Origin: Candidatus Bathyarchaeota archaeon
GTDB taxonomy: Archaea > Thermoproteota > Bathyarchaeia > Bathyarchaeales > Bathycorpusculaceae
Direction: 5' to 3'
Length of the DNA stretch: 64,000 nucleotides
NCBI GenBank assembly: GCA_963811105.1
Contig: CAWEPZ010000011.1
Coordinates: forward strand, 352,001-416,000
Within the stretch, counting starts at the first letter, position 1. Each line of letters starts with the position of its first letter. This document shows, piece after piece, positions 20,183-29,835 of this stretch. The notes under the pieces are model-generated. The model saw only the letters and a list, made by a program, of their open reading frames with translations, was not told the DNA's origin and did not search any database. The position numbers and the translations under genes are program-made.

Positions 20183-22048
20183 TTACTTTTTGGTAAGTTT
20201 GGTTGGTTTGGTCGGTTCTGGTTTAGTTTGTTTGGCAGTGTCAGGTTTCTCTGGTTTTCCTTCAGGTTTAGTCGTTTTGCTGTAGTAGTATTCGCCAATG
20301 CCTTTTTGGAACATATCCATTTGCGAGCCTACCTTGTTTACTCTGGGACGCATAGTAACTGAGTCTCTGCGAAAAGTGATGTTCATTTCTTTAAGGAAAG
20401 TGTTCATTCCGCCTCGCAAAGTAGTTGGTGGATGAGCTAAACCGCACACACCCGGCTCTCCGTTAAAAACCATCAATCGATCAGCAATAAAGTCCTGCGT
20501 TACTACGTCATGTTCAACAACGAAGGCTGGAATGCCATGTGCTTCAACAACCCGACGCAGAGTTTTAGCTATGTTTAAGCGTTCTTCAACGTCTAGGTAG
20601 GCGCTTGGCTCATCAAGTAGGAACAGGTTTGTTTTCCGGCTAAGGCATGCGGCAATGGCAACTTTTTGCAGTTCTCCCCCGCTAAGCTCCATAACATTTC
20701 GATCCATCAATGTTTGAAGCTTCAGCGGCTGGGCGATTTCGGTTTTGTACCAGCTTGAAGTGAAGTTTTCTTTTGCTACACTCATAAGAAGTTCCAGAAC
20801 TGTGCCGGCGTAGTCAGGAGCAATGTATTGGGGTTTGTAGCTGACGGTTAACTCGCCAAGCTTCTGTTTATCGTCAGTTTCCTCTATCCCAGCTAGGATT
20901 TTTACGAATGTTGTTTTTCCGATGCCGTTTGGTCCCAGGATTCCGATAATTTCACCTTGACGTATTTCGCCTGGTTCTATGGATAGTTTGAAGCCCTTGA
21001 AGGTTTTTTGCATGCTGTTCCATTTTAGCAAGGGTTCGCCCAGGTTACTGCCTGCCGTCGGCGGTTTCTCGTGAAAAACTATGGAATCTTTGCGGAACAT
21101 TACGTTTTCATCTGGGATGTAACCTTGGAGGTAAATGTTGATGCCTGTTCGAACACCATGTACGTGTGAGACAATTCCGTAGACGCCTGGTTCACCGTAG
21201 AAAAGACAAATCTGGTCAGATAAATAATCGATGATGGCTAAGTCGTGTTCAGCTACGATTATGGTTTTTTGTTGTTCTTTGAGGCTGCGTATTGCTTTTG
21301 CCACTACAAGTCTCTGCTTTACATCTAAATAGCTTGAGGGTTCATCAAAAAGGTAAACGTCTGCATCTCGACTAAGCGCGGCGGCAACAGCTACACGTTG
21401 AAGTTCTCCTCCGCTTAGAATATCTAAAGGTCGGTCCCAGACTTTCCTAAGTTCAAGTTCCTCCGCAAGTGCGTTAAGCTGTTTTCTTTCATCAACCTTA
21501 TCGAGCAAATCTCCAACTTTGCCTGCGACCGCTTTAGGAATTTTATCGACGTATTGTGGTTTGCTGCTGACTTTGAGTTTTTTTTCGCTCATTTTTTGAA
21601 AGTAGTCTTGAAGGCTTGAACCACGATAATACTGGATAATCTCAGGCCAATCAGGCGAATCATTATATTTGCCAAGGTTGGGTTTGATGTCGCCTGAAAA
21701 AACTTTAAGAGTTGTAGTTTTTCCTATGCCATTTTGACCAATCAAACCCAGAACTGTTCCAGGTGAAGGCATTGGTAAACGGAAAAGTTTGAAGCTGTTT
21801 GCGCTGAACCGGTGGCTGCAATCCTTTTCCAACTCGTCGGGCAAGTTAACGATATTTATGGCTTTGAAGGGGCATTTTTTGACGCATATTCCGCAGCCAC
21901 TGCAAAGGGTTTCTGCTATTACAGCTTTGTTTCCTTCAACTCTGATAGCTTCCACCCGACTTCTTACCATAGGGCAAAAGCTTACGCATAGTTGATTGCA
22001 TTTCTTAACCTTGCATTTGTCCTCTTCAAGTACTGCAATGCGCGTCAT
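20183..22048 (-). CDS. rli: Ribosome recycling ATPase ABCE1/RLI
   Basis: N-terminal FeS Cys cluster, two GxNGIGKT Walker A, LSGGELQ, DEPS. Confidence 0.96.
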   Translation of the reverse strand: MTRIAVLEEDKCKVKKCNQLCVSFCPMVRSRVEAIRVEGNKAVIAETLCSGCGICVKKCPFKAINIVNLPDELEKDCSHRFSANSFKLFRLPMPSPGTVLGLIGQNGIGKTTTLKVFSGDIKPNLGKYNDSPDWPEIIQYYRGSSLQDYFQKMSEKKLKVSSKPQYVDKIPKAVAGKVGDLLDKVDERKQLNALAEELELRKVWDRPLDILSGGELQRVAVAAALSRDADVYLFDEPSSYLDVKQRLVVAKAIRSLKEQQKTIIVAEHDLAIIDYLSDQICLFYGEPGVYGIVSHVHGVRTGINIYLQGYIPDENVMFRKDSIVFHEKPPTAGSNLGEPLLKWNSMQKTFKGFKLSIEPGEIRQGEIIGILGPNGIGKTTFVKILAGIEETDDKQKLGELTVSYKPQYIAPDYAGTVLELLMSVAKENFTSSWYKTEIAQPLKLQTLMDRNVMELSGGELQKVAIAACLSRKTNLFLLDEPSAYLDVEERLNIAKTLRRVVEAHGIPAFVVEHDVVTQDFIADRLMVFNGEPGVCGLAHPPTTLRGGMNTFLKEMNITFRRDSVTMRPRVNKVGSQMDMFQKGIGEYYYSKTTKPEGKPEKPDTAKQTKPEPTKPTKLTKK

Positions 22049-22682
22049 GATAAAACATCCATTAGGAAGTAGGATGTTAACTACTGAGTTATAAATTTAA
22101 ACTTGACCACTAACCCGAATGAATTTAATTTCTTGGATTATCATTATTTTCAAAACATCTTTAGAGTTGATTATTGGTGGCTCTAATTTGCTACTTAATT
22201 TCGTTACTTTGTCGTTGTTGACGAGTTTTCCCTGTGATTTTCTATCAGTTTGTTTTGGGGTGCTTTTTGCTTTGGGGTTTAAATCTTTTGCAGGTTGAAT
22301 CAAAAAAGTCACTAGAAATTAATAAAAGTCAAAGAAAGTCAAAATTCTAGCCGAGAGCAAGTTGAAAAAGCGTACATAAAAACAAAAATACGATTACTAT
22401 CTTCTTTGAAGCTTTACACATTTTTGGTTTGTGTTTCAAAACATCGAATTTGTCACAGGAAAATAAATTTTGAATCGTATTGCGTTCACTCTGAAAATAG
22501 CTTCTTTAGTCATCAGTTTTCTGTTAGCCAAGCAGAGCTCTTAACTAAAAGACGAGACTAAAACTCCTGACAAATTTCCTTGGGCTTTTTTAATGATTCG
22601 TTCAAAAACTAAATTTAGATCTTGTTGGTGAAGAATATTTTCTTAAAAGAAAAATATTATTAAATATACTTAGGCGGTTAAT

Positions 22683-22751
22683 CTACCATTCTTCTTCTTC
22701 CCATTCTTCATCTTCGCCTTCTTCCCATTCATCTTCTTCTTCGAATATCAT
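22683..22751 (-). CDS. 22-aa acidic Trp-repeat micropeptide MIFEEEDEWEEGEDEEWEEEEW
   Basis: GGAGGTGA Shine-Dalgarno 9 nt upstream of ATG; TTTAAA at 22805-22810; not in ORF track. Confidence 0.6.
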   Translation of the reverse strand: MIFEEEDEWEEGEDEEWEEEEW

Positions 22752-23012
22752 CCCTTTCTTTCACCTCCGAATAAGACGCTTAAAATTATCCTATCCTGCG
22801 ACAGTTTAAACATTTAGTTACGTCAAATGTCGTTAATCTCTCACAACTTAAACCCGATGAAACATGCCTGATGCAAAGATTTTTCTACTAAATTTTCAAC
22901 AAACTAATAACGCCTTGATCAGCAAAGATGGATACACGATTACATATTTTTTCGCGTGAAATTTTTTTTTTGGGGCTAAGCAAAGATAATTGCCTAAAAA
23001 AAAACGATTCAA

Positions 23013-23575
23013 ATGAGAAAAGTATTTAAAATAATCCTAGTAATATTCGCCGCAATAATAATTCTAGTCGTTGTCTTTGGAGCAATAGTATTCTTGATTT
23101 GGCTGCCTATACGGCAACTATATCACAAACTCTGACGTCCACCAGAACCTCGGTTGAAAGCCACTGTAATCTAACGATCCTGGATTATCAGGAACTTCAA
23201 AAACTGTCGCAGACAAAGTCGCCGGCAACCTACAATCACAACATTAAACGACGACCTTGGCAGGATGAAAAGTCTAGCCGCAGCTGGCACATCAGATTAC
23301 AAAGTCATAGTCGTTGGCGGACCTATCTACGTTGGTACGCCAGATTGTTCACCAAAAGACTGCTTAAACAATTTAAAGCCTGATCAAGAAGCTAATGTAG
23401 GTGTTTTCGGAAGCGGTCAAGGAGCGACCTCTCAGAGCGACATTGATATGATTAGAAGTGCGGTGCTGGCAATATGAAACAATGGTTCTCTTAAAAATGC
23501 TATAGTCGAAAAAACGGACAAAGTGAAGAACTCGCGACTCGGGCATCGAATTTCGTCACTGAATTAGTAGATTAG
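23013..23575 (+). pseudogene. Disrupted membrane-anchored flavodoxin-like gene
   Basis: N-terminal TM (MRKVFKIILVIFAAII...), then DPGLSGTSKTVA, VIVVGGPIYVG and VGVFGSG split over frames with internal stops. Confidence 0.75.
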
Positions 23576-23689
23576 AATAGAGTTGTGAAATCCGAACTGT
23601 CTATTTTTTTTGCGTTCATAATCAATAAGTTTGAAACGCACGCATCCGATATCAAAATAGATAAATTTCGCCGAGAAGCATTAAAGATC

Positions 23690-23751
23690 GGGATGATGTG
23701 AGGCGACGGCTTCGAGCCTAAGCTGTGAGAAATCGTCAAATAACGCTGACC
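23690..23751 (+). ncRNA. Candidate box C/D guide sRNA
   Basis: ATGATG (C-like), guide GGCGACGGCT, TCGA (D'), TGTGA (C'-like), CTGA (D), GG/CC ends; guide complements crenarchaeal-type 16S GGCCGTCGCC. Confidence 0.4.
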
Positions 23752-23915
23752 ATAACCTTGTTTCCCTTAATTTCCAGAAAATTTTACTCAATTAAATAAT
23801 TCATTTTAGAAGAATTTTCTACATTGTGTTGAAATTAAATAGCATAAGCGTCAATTTTAAAAGGCTTAAACCATTAATATCTTAATCTAAAGTTTTAGAG
23901 GAGAAAGACAATCAT

Positions 23916-24944
23916 TTGGATAACGATAAAAGTGAAAAGGGATATTCAAGCCAAAAAATCACTGACTTAGGGGAACGGAAAATAATTGAAATCATCGCAA
24001 ACCACCTTGAACGCATGCCCGATTCACCAGTGCCTTTCGGAGACGACGTTGCCGCCGTTAGCCTTGACCAAAAACAAGCCGCCATACTAAAAGCCGACAT
24101 GCTTGTAGGCAAGACAGATGTCCCACCAAACATGAGCCTATGGCAAGCCGCACGCAAAGCAATAGTTATGAACATAAGCGATTTTGCCTCCAAAGGCGTA
24201 CAACCCTCAGCCGCTCTTGTCTCGCTTGGGTTACCAAGGGATGTTTTGCAGAAAGACATTGAAGAAATAGCCAAAGGCTTGAACGCGGGAGCTCGCGAAT
24301 ATGGTACTTATGTAATTGGCGGCGACACGGGTGAAGCCTCGGACCTAATTATTTCAGTTTCACTTTACGGCACAGCCGAAAAATCATCTTTAATGCTGCG
24401 TAATGGAGCTAAGCCTGGTGACATTTTGGCTGTGACAGGTTTCTTTGGTAAATCAGCCGCCGGTTTACGTCTGCTTCTCAGTAACTCTTCAGCTTCGCCC
24501 AATCTGCGCGATGTATTGTTATGTTCAGTGTGTATGCCAAAAGCCCGGCTAAAGGAGGGCTTGGCGCTTAGCCGTTCAGGCGGGGTCTCGGCCTCTATCG
24601 ATTCAAGCGACGGCTTGGCATTGAGTTTGCACGAAATGGGGAAAATGAGCGGGGTTGGCTTCAATGTTGACAGTGTTCCCGTGGCTGACGAGGTTAGAAG
24701 ATTTGTAGAGTTTAACCATCTCGATCCTTTGGAGCTGGCGCTTTACGGCGGGGAAGAATATGAACTTGTCTTGACAATAAAGCCTAGGGGCTGGGTTGAT
24801 GCTGAAACCGCGGTTAAAGCAGTCGGCGGCCGACTTTTGCGAATTGGAAAAGTTACAAAGGATACTCAGATTAATTTAGATGTTTACGGTCAAAAACATT
24901 CCATTGAGCCTCTCGGTTGGGAGCATTTCAAGAGCCGGATATAG
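23916..24944 (+). CDS. thiL: Thiamine-monophosphate kinase
   Basis: GE..II, GDD, NISDFASKG, IGGDT, DSSDGL, GGEEYEL. Confidence 0.94.
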   Translation: MDNDKSEKGYSSQKITDLGERKIIEIIANHLERMPDSPVPFGDDVAAVSLDQKQAAILKADMLVGKTDVPPNMSLWQAARKAIVMNISDFASKGVQPSAALVSLGLPRDVLQKDIEEIAKGLNAGAREYGTYVIGGDTGEASDLIISVSLYGTAEKSSLMLRNGAKPGDILAVTGFFGKSAAGLRLLLSNSSASPNLRDVLLCSVCMPKARLKEGLALSRSGGVSASIDSSDGLALSLHEMGKMSGVGFNVDSVPVADEVRRFVEFNHLDPLELALYGGEEYELVLTIKPRGWVDAETAVKAVGGRLLRIGKVTKDTQINLDVYGQKHSIEPLGWEHFKSRI

Positions 24945-25497
24945 CTTGACAATCAAGCAAATAATTAATTATCGTAATACATGAAGCAGCTAAGTATGGT
25001 TTTTTGCCTAAACTAATTTTATCGCCAAACCTTAAAGCGAAAGATTCTGCCTTCTTAGGTAAGCCCACATGATCACCCAACACAAAAACAGCATTATCTA
25101 CAAGCTCTATTTCCGCTATGTTTTTTCCTCCCTCTTCCAAAACGTAAACTTGACGGGTTTGAGCCTCTGTTTTCAGCAACGCTTCAAAGCTAACTCTATC
25201 AGTGCTGATTCCTGGATGGGGTTTTCCCCCTATTACTTTTCTTAGGATTTGCTGCCACGTATCCACATCTGTCCGCACATCATAAACTGTGCTGCCGTCT
25301 ATTTGTAAATGTAACGGGGGGTTAGGTGGACCATTTAGACTAGCGTGGAAGGCCACATCTCGGCGTATGCCGTGTGACAGAAAAAGGCTTGTGACTATAC
25401 ATTCGTAAACTATATCTAGTCTTCCTGCGTCGTGTAGATTAGTGAAGTTTGACTGGGTTTTTCCCAAACGCGAGAAGAGGATGAATTCACGAGGCAA
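24928..25497 (-). CDS. trmY: tRNA (pseudouridine54-N1)-methyltransferase
   Basis: AGRLD, FLSHGIRRD, FVLGDHVG, ISLG SPOUT motifs. Confidence 0.92.
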   Translation of the reverse strand: MPREFILFSRLGKTQSNFTNLHDAGRLDIVYECIVTSLFLSHGIRRDVAFHASLNGPPNPPLHLQIDGSTVYDVRTDVDTWQQILRKVIGGKPHPGISTDRVSFEALLKTEAQTRQVYVLEEGGKNIAEIELVDNAVFVLGDHVGLPKKAESFALRFGDKISLGKKPYLAASCITIINYLLDCQAISGS

Positions 25498-25612
25498 ATA
25501 TTTCCCAGGTTACGTTAATGGTTTGCTGCTTTAAAGTGCTTTCTCGCTTTTCAGGAAACAAAATTTCTACAGTCCAATTCTGAGAAGAACGAAAATAGGC
25601 GTTTTTTTGTGT

Positions 25613-26017
25613 TTACTGTAAAAATCTTTTAATGATCCATGCGTGAGTAGCGGTTTGCTCCAAAAATACACTTAGTTTATTTTCACCCAGGTACATACAG
25701 AGCACCTTAACCTTTTCGCCCTCAACCAGCATGCTTTCTGTTTCGCCCAGGTTGAGTTGTTTAGAAATCTCTTGGCATGAATCATAAATTTGAGATGACA
25801 AGAGGGCATACTGAATGATTTTTTCAGGTTCAGCTAAGTCTATTATTGCAGAAGTATTGCTTCTGAGAATATAGCCAATAACCCCTTTGAGTTTACGTAT
25901 TTCAGCTAAGCTTGAGTTTAAGCTTGCAAACGAGAAGTTCTCTTTCCCAACAGACTTTATGAAAGCTTCGTCGGCTAATTCTGTTTCTACTTGGCTAACG
26001 TTTGTTTTCGGTTTCAA
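25613..26017 (-). CDS. Roadblock/LC7-domain protein
   Basis: L.EI..LKGVIGYIL...LGETESMLVEG..KVL pattern. Confidence 0.72.
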   Translation of the reverse strand: MKPKTNVSQVETELADEAFIKSVGKENFSFASLNSSLAEIRKLKGVIGYILRSNTSAIIDLAEPEKIIQYALLSSQIYDSCQEISKQLNLGETESMLVEGEKVKVLCMYLGENKLSVFLEQTATHAWIIKRFLQ

Positions 26018-26838
26018 GAATCCTTCTCCTCGGACTGCGAGATTATGGGATTAACGATTACAAGGTTGCCTTTGCTTGTTTGCAGAGTTTGGAGAATTTT
26101 TTCTGGAATTTCTATGACACCTTTTGCGCTTTGGTTTGCCGCCTTTATAGGTTTAAATTTGCAGGATACAGAGTTGCCTTCTAGAGTTTTGATGTGAACT
26201 CCGATTATTTCCTTATCGCCGTAAAGATCAAGCCATTTCGAAATGATACCACCGTCTACTCTCACGGTATCAGATGAAACCATCAAGCCCCCGATTTTCT
26301 CCACCATAAATTGGTTAGCTGGCGTTTGAGGAAGAGGCAACTCAGGATTAAACGGTTCCGAAACTACAGGAGCCAGTTCATAATTTGGTATTGACTCAGC
26401 GGGTAAAATCTCTTTTTGGATGAGTTCAGCTTCAGTTTCAACAACTTGAGGTAGAATGTTGCCTGCATTTTCATCGGCAATTTGATCTGAAAGACTTAGT
26501 ACAGTTGGAATAATGACTGCGGTTAAAGATTTAACGATTTTTTCATCAGCTTCCCTAGACCTAGCCGTCGCCAAGTAACATTTGTTAATGGCTATGATGG
26601 TTAGTTGGCTGTCTGCGCCTTGAATACTCAAGGTTTCAACGGCACCGATAGCTTGCGCGTTATTTGCGATGTTGTTAAAGGCTGCAATGATTTTTTTGCT
26701 TTCATCTTCCGATGTGGTTTCGTTGCAGGCAACTATTTCACCATTCGATTTGAATATGAAGGCGTTAGTAATTTCTGGGCTAATGTTTTTGAATTCATCT
26801 ATGATTATTTGCAATGCGTTTGATGAGGTTTCAGTCAC
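26014..26838 (-). CDS. Roadblock-like N-domain, acidic/Pro linker and double-psi beta-barrel-like C-domain
   Basis: N-terminal EITNAFIFKSNGEIVA; C-terminal DTVRVD...KGVIEIPEKILQTLQTSKGNLVIVNP. Confidence 0.62.
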   Translation of the reverse strand: MTETSSNALQIIIDEFKNISPEITNAFIFKSNGEIVACNETTSEDESKKIIAAFNNIANNAQAIGAVETLSIQGADSQLTIIAINKCYLATARSREADEKIVKSLTAVIIPTVLSLSDQIADENAGNILPQVVETEAELIQKEILPAESIPNYELAPVVSEPFNPELPLPQTPANQFMVEKIGGLMVSSDTVRVDGGIISKWLDLYGDKEIIGVHIKTLEGNSVSCKFKPIKAANQSAKGVIEIPEKILQTLQTSKGNLVIVNPIISQSEEKDS

Positions 26839-26863
26839 CTTTGTGGTCCTGCCAGCCGAGCGT

Positions 26864-27289
26864 TCAAGTTATTTTGAACAGGATGCGTTCTGGAACACCC
26901 TCGTCTTCAAGAACAAGATATCTTAAGCCTTCCGTGTCACCTAGCTGATCAAGCCATTTTAGTGCCTCACGCACTTTTTGCAGAACCAATAACCGTTCTT
27001 GATGGCTGCGGACAACAGATTCGATTGCAGTTAACTCGTGGAATGCGTTAGCGTCTAAAACAATACTCAGTGTGCCTACGGTTATTTCGCTTGTGTTGTC
27101 AGTGAGAGGTTTTTTACCCGCAAGCTTCATGACTACTTCACGAACTTTCTTTGATTTTTCTGCTAACGTACGGATTTCGTCTAGTCGACGTAGATATTCG
27201 CCTAATAGACTCTTGGTTTCGGATAGTTCCTTGTCTAATCCTTCAGCTATTGCTTGGGCTGAATTGTACTCTTTTATTTGTATTACCAT
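26864..27289 (-). CDS. Coiled-coil hypothetical protein (helix, beta-hairpin, helix)
   Basis: Two long amphipathic helices around a short beta segment; AGGAG SD. Confidence 0.75.
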   Translation of the reverse strand: MVIQIKEYNSAQAIAEGLDKELSETKSLLGEYLRRLDEIRTLAEKSKKVREVVMKLAGKKPLTDNTSEITVGTLSIVLDANAFHELTAIESVVRSHQERLLVLQKVREALKWLDQLGDTEGLRYLVLEDEGVPERILFKIT

Positions 27290-27387
27290 GATTTTTTGCT
27301 CCTTAAATTTTTATAAGAGAAAGAGGAAAATTGGGTGAATTCTTTTTTTCACCTTACCCCTAATTTATTCAATTAGAGTTTGAAGTT

Positions 27388-27817
27388 TTATGGGTTGTAT
27401 GTTGCAGAGTTTGTAATTTGGGTGCCTTTTGCTGTGATCAATTTGACTTGATAAGAGGTGCCTGCACTTAAAGTTCCGCTGCTTAGGCAGAGTCAATGTT
27501 ATTGTTCCAGATGCGGATTTTGCGATTGAAGGCGAAGTTGGATTCATTGCAGCAGAAAATCCATTGATATATGCTTGTGTAATGTTTACGGTTGTACTGC
27601 CAGAGTTCTGCACCAGTACGTCTATCGTGGTAGCACTTGGAAATGCAATGTTTGCTATTGATGCTTGTTCTGCGTTTCCCATGAGTCCAATGGTCATTCC
27701 CCCCATCCATGCGGCGACGACTACGCTGACTGCGACTGTGACTGCGATGAGTATGATTGATGCGACTACGGGGCTAAGGGCTTTTGAACTTTTCTTAAAT
27801 TTTCTAATGTAATTCAT
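27388..27817 (-). pseudogene. Archaeal type IV pilin with class III signal peptide, +1 frameshift near 27485
   Basis: KKSSKA/LSPVVASIILIAVTV; pilin-like C-terminus SSGTLSAGTSYQVKLITAKGTQITNSATYNP* lies in the +1 frame; span 430 nt = 3n+1. Confidence 0.8.
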
Positions 27818-27976
27818 TTTGTTTTTCAATCCTCCTTTGGGCTTGTTAAACACAATTTGCTCATATTAGTTAATAAGTCTTATGACTTAAGACACTATAT
27901 TATATAGTGGTTCAACACAAATACAAATAGTTCAAAAAAGAAGATAAAGAAATAAAATAAAAATGTTTACTGATTC

Positions 27977-28318
27977 TTAAGAGCTAATTTCATCAAACAA
28001 ATCAAGCAGAAGCTTTGCCATTTTTTCGCCAAACTCAGTCTTAACATAGTACTTTTTGAGCGGGTCAATGCGTTCACTTTTGGCTAACCCGAGTGATTCA
28101 ATTTCAATCATTCTTGCTCTGAAGGTGCCGTCGCTGAGAGTAAGCTTATTTTTGCGCATAAAATCTTTAGCATCTTTCCATTTGCCTCGGCCAACATGTA
28201 ATAGTAGCAGGCAGTCAATTGCGTGATCCTTCTCTAGCATCGCTTTAATGACAGATAACTTTGGGTCAGTTAGCACATGCTTAATCTTTTCTTCATCAAC
28301 ATTCTTTACCATTTTCAA
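27977..28318 (-). CDS. Winged-helix transcriptional regulator
   Basis: LSDGTFRARMIEIESLGLA...KYYVKTEFGEK wHTH pattern. Confidence 0.75.
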   Translation of the reverse strand: MKMVKNVDEEKIKHVLTDPKLSVIKAMLEKDHAIDCLLLLHVGRGKWKDAKDFMRKNKLTLSDGTFRARMIEIESLGLAKSERIDPLKKYYVKTEFGEKMAKLLLDLFDEISS

Positions 28319-28676
28319 ACACTCCTTTTCGTTTTTTATAACTTAGAAATCAGTCTGCACATATAAACTATATTACGAAATACGAAACATATCTGCAGAA
28401 GCCTTCCTCCGGAATAATGTAAATAGTCAGAACTCCTTTATAAATAATGCCGAGCAAGCAAACGTCGAGGTATTCGAAAATAAATTAGATGTCAAAAATG
28501 GCATTATAATCAATAAATTTCAAAAAATGTATATAATATACAATTATAAATAGATTTTGCATCAAATTTGAGCAAGGCATAGTTTGCTTTAAATACTCTT
28601 GGTAAACGGATGAAAAGATTTAACAATCCAAAATTGACTTAAACTCCAACGGCAAATTAGTCAAAAGAGGAAAAAA

Positions 28677-29261
28677 ATGGCACCTAACTTCCTTTATGAA
28701 GCTCCAACATGGAACCGAATATACGAAATACTGCTGACCCAAGCGGAAAAAATTCAAAGCGACAACTATGAACCAGATATTATTGTTGGCGTCGCGCGAG
28801 GCGGAATAGTGCCTGCCTGTATCCTAACTGACCTTTTAGAAAGCGCCGATTTTGCGCTCATACAAATAGAATATTACTCTGGAATTAATCAAACATGGAA
28901 AGAACCAATTTTAAAACAATGCCTAAACACCCCGCTTACCGACAAAAAAGTGTTGTTGGTGGATGATGTTTCTGATAGCGGAAGAAGTTTGAAACTTGCA
29001 AAAAACCATTTGCAGGAACAAGACGCAAAGGAAATCAGGATCGCTACCATGTACACGAAACCTACAACCATAACCCCACCCGACTACTATGAAAAACAAA
29101 CAAATTCCTGGATTGTATTTCCATGGGACGCAAAAGAAACAGTAAGAAAAATCATCGAGCAAAAGGAATGCAACCGTGTGGTCAGCCAAGAAATCACAAA
29201 ATTAGTAAAATCAGGCTTGCCAAAAAAACTCGTAGAAAAATTCATAAAGGACATGTCGTAG
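28677..29261 (+). CDS. Type I phosphoribosyltransferase (purine PRT-like)
   Basis: GVARGG, VLLVDDVSDSGRS, WIVFPW. Confidence 0.92.
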   Translation: MAPNFLYEAPTWNRIYEILLTQAEKIQSDNYEPDIIVGVARGGIVPACILTDLLESADFALIQIEYYSGINQTWKEPILKQCLNTPLTDKKVLLVDDVSDSGRSLKLAKNHLQEQDAKEIRIATMYTKPTTITPPDYYEKQTNSWIVFPWDAKETVRKIIEQKECNRVVSQEITKLVKSGLPKKLVEKFIKDMS

Positions 29262-29834
29262 GTGAAAGAATTGCTGCATTATCTAAAAGAATATTCTAAG
29301 TATGCTGGAATAACGGGCTACAGAAACATAGACTTCGCTGTAGCGGAATCATATCTAAAAGCTAACCGCAAAGAGGCTCACAATGTTGACATTCAGTTTT
29401 TCGATGCAGAGTTTATTGCGACGCAAGAGCACTTGTTTTTCGCTGTTTTAAATGCGTTGACAGCATTCAATAATAGAACAAACATTTCTAAAAGTCTATC
29501 TATGGAAACAATGCTTTACGCTTCAGCTAAGCGGCAAATACAAAAAGCTATTGAGCAAAGTGGCATAAAGCCCCAGACCATAAACTTAGCTGTGGCTGTT
29601 ATTGGGGAAAATCCGAGTGATCTAAAAAGAGCACTTGACGCGATTACTGCCTGTGTTGGCGCGGAGCCGGATGAGAAAGTTCTTAATATGTCAAAGATGA
29701 AAGAGAAAAAAATCAAAGAGATGTTCCAAATTTCAGATGATGAACTGGAAACGGTTGTCAAGGATCAAGACAGATCAGCCGCAGTTATTAACCTCGTTAT
29801 TGAGCGCGTAGCCCTATTAGCGACTCAACTCTAA
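29262..29834 (+). CDS. cgi121: KEOPS complex subunit Cgi121
   Basis: QFFDA...H, E.MLYAS..RQI.KAI...G. Confidence 0.9.
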   Translation: MKELLHYLKEYSKYAGITGYRNIDFAVAESYLKANRKEAHNVDIQFFDAEFIATQEHLFFAVLNALTAFNNRTNISKSLSMETMLYASAKRQIQKAIEQSGIKPQTINLAVAVIGENPSDLKRALDAITACVGAEPDEKVLNMSKMKEKKIKEMFQISDDELETVVKDQDRSAAVINLVIERVALLATQL

Positions 29835-29835
29835 C

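Noticed and set aside
22097-22345. 71-aa ORF and three AAAGTC repeats
   Set aside because: No SD or motif; the repeats are short, irregular and in AT-rich sequence
23013-23575. Stop-codon recoding (Sec/Pyl) in the flavodoxin-like and DUF1801 genes
   Set aside because: Both also carry frameshifts and TAA stops, which indicates ordinary decay
23575-23915. TPP riboswitch upstream of thiL
   Set aside because: No CTGAGA and ACCTGAT core in the right arrangement
28318-28677. Possible replication origin at the gene-orientation switch (AT-rich, one TTCCTCCGGAA)
   Set aside because: Only one weak ORB-like motif, no G-string and no orc1/cdc6; a divergent promoter explains it
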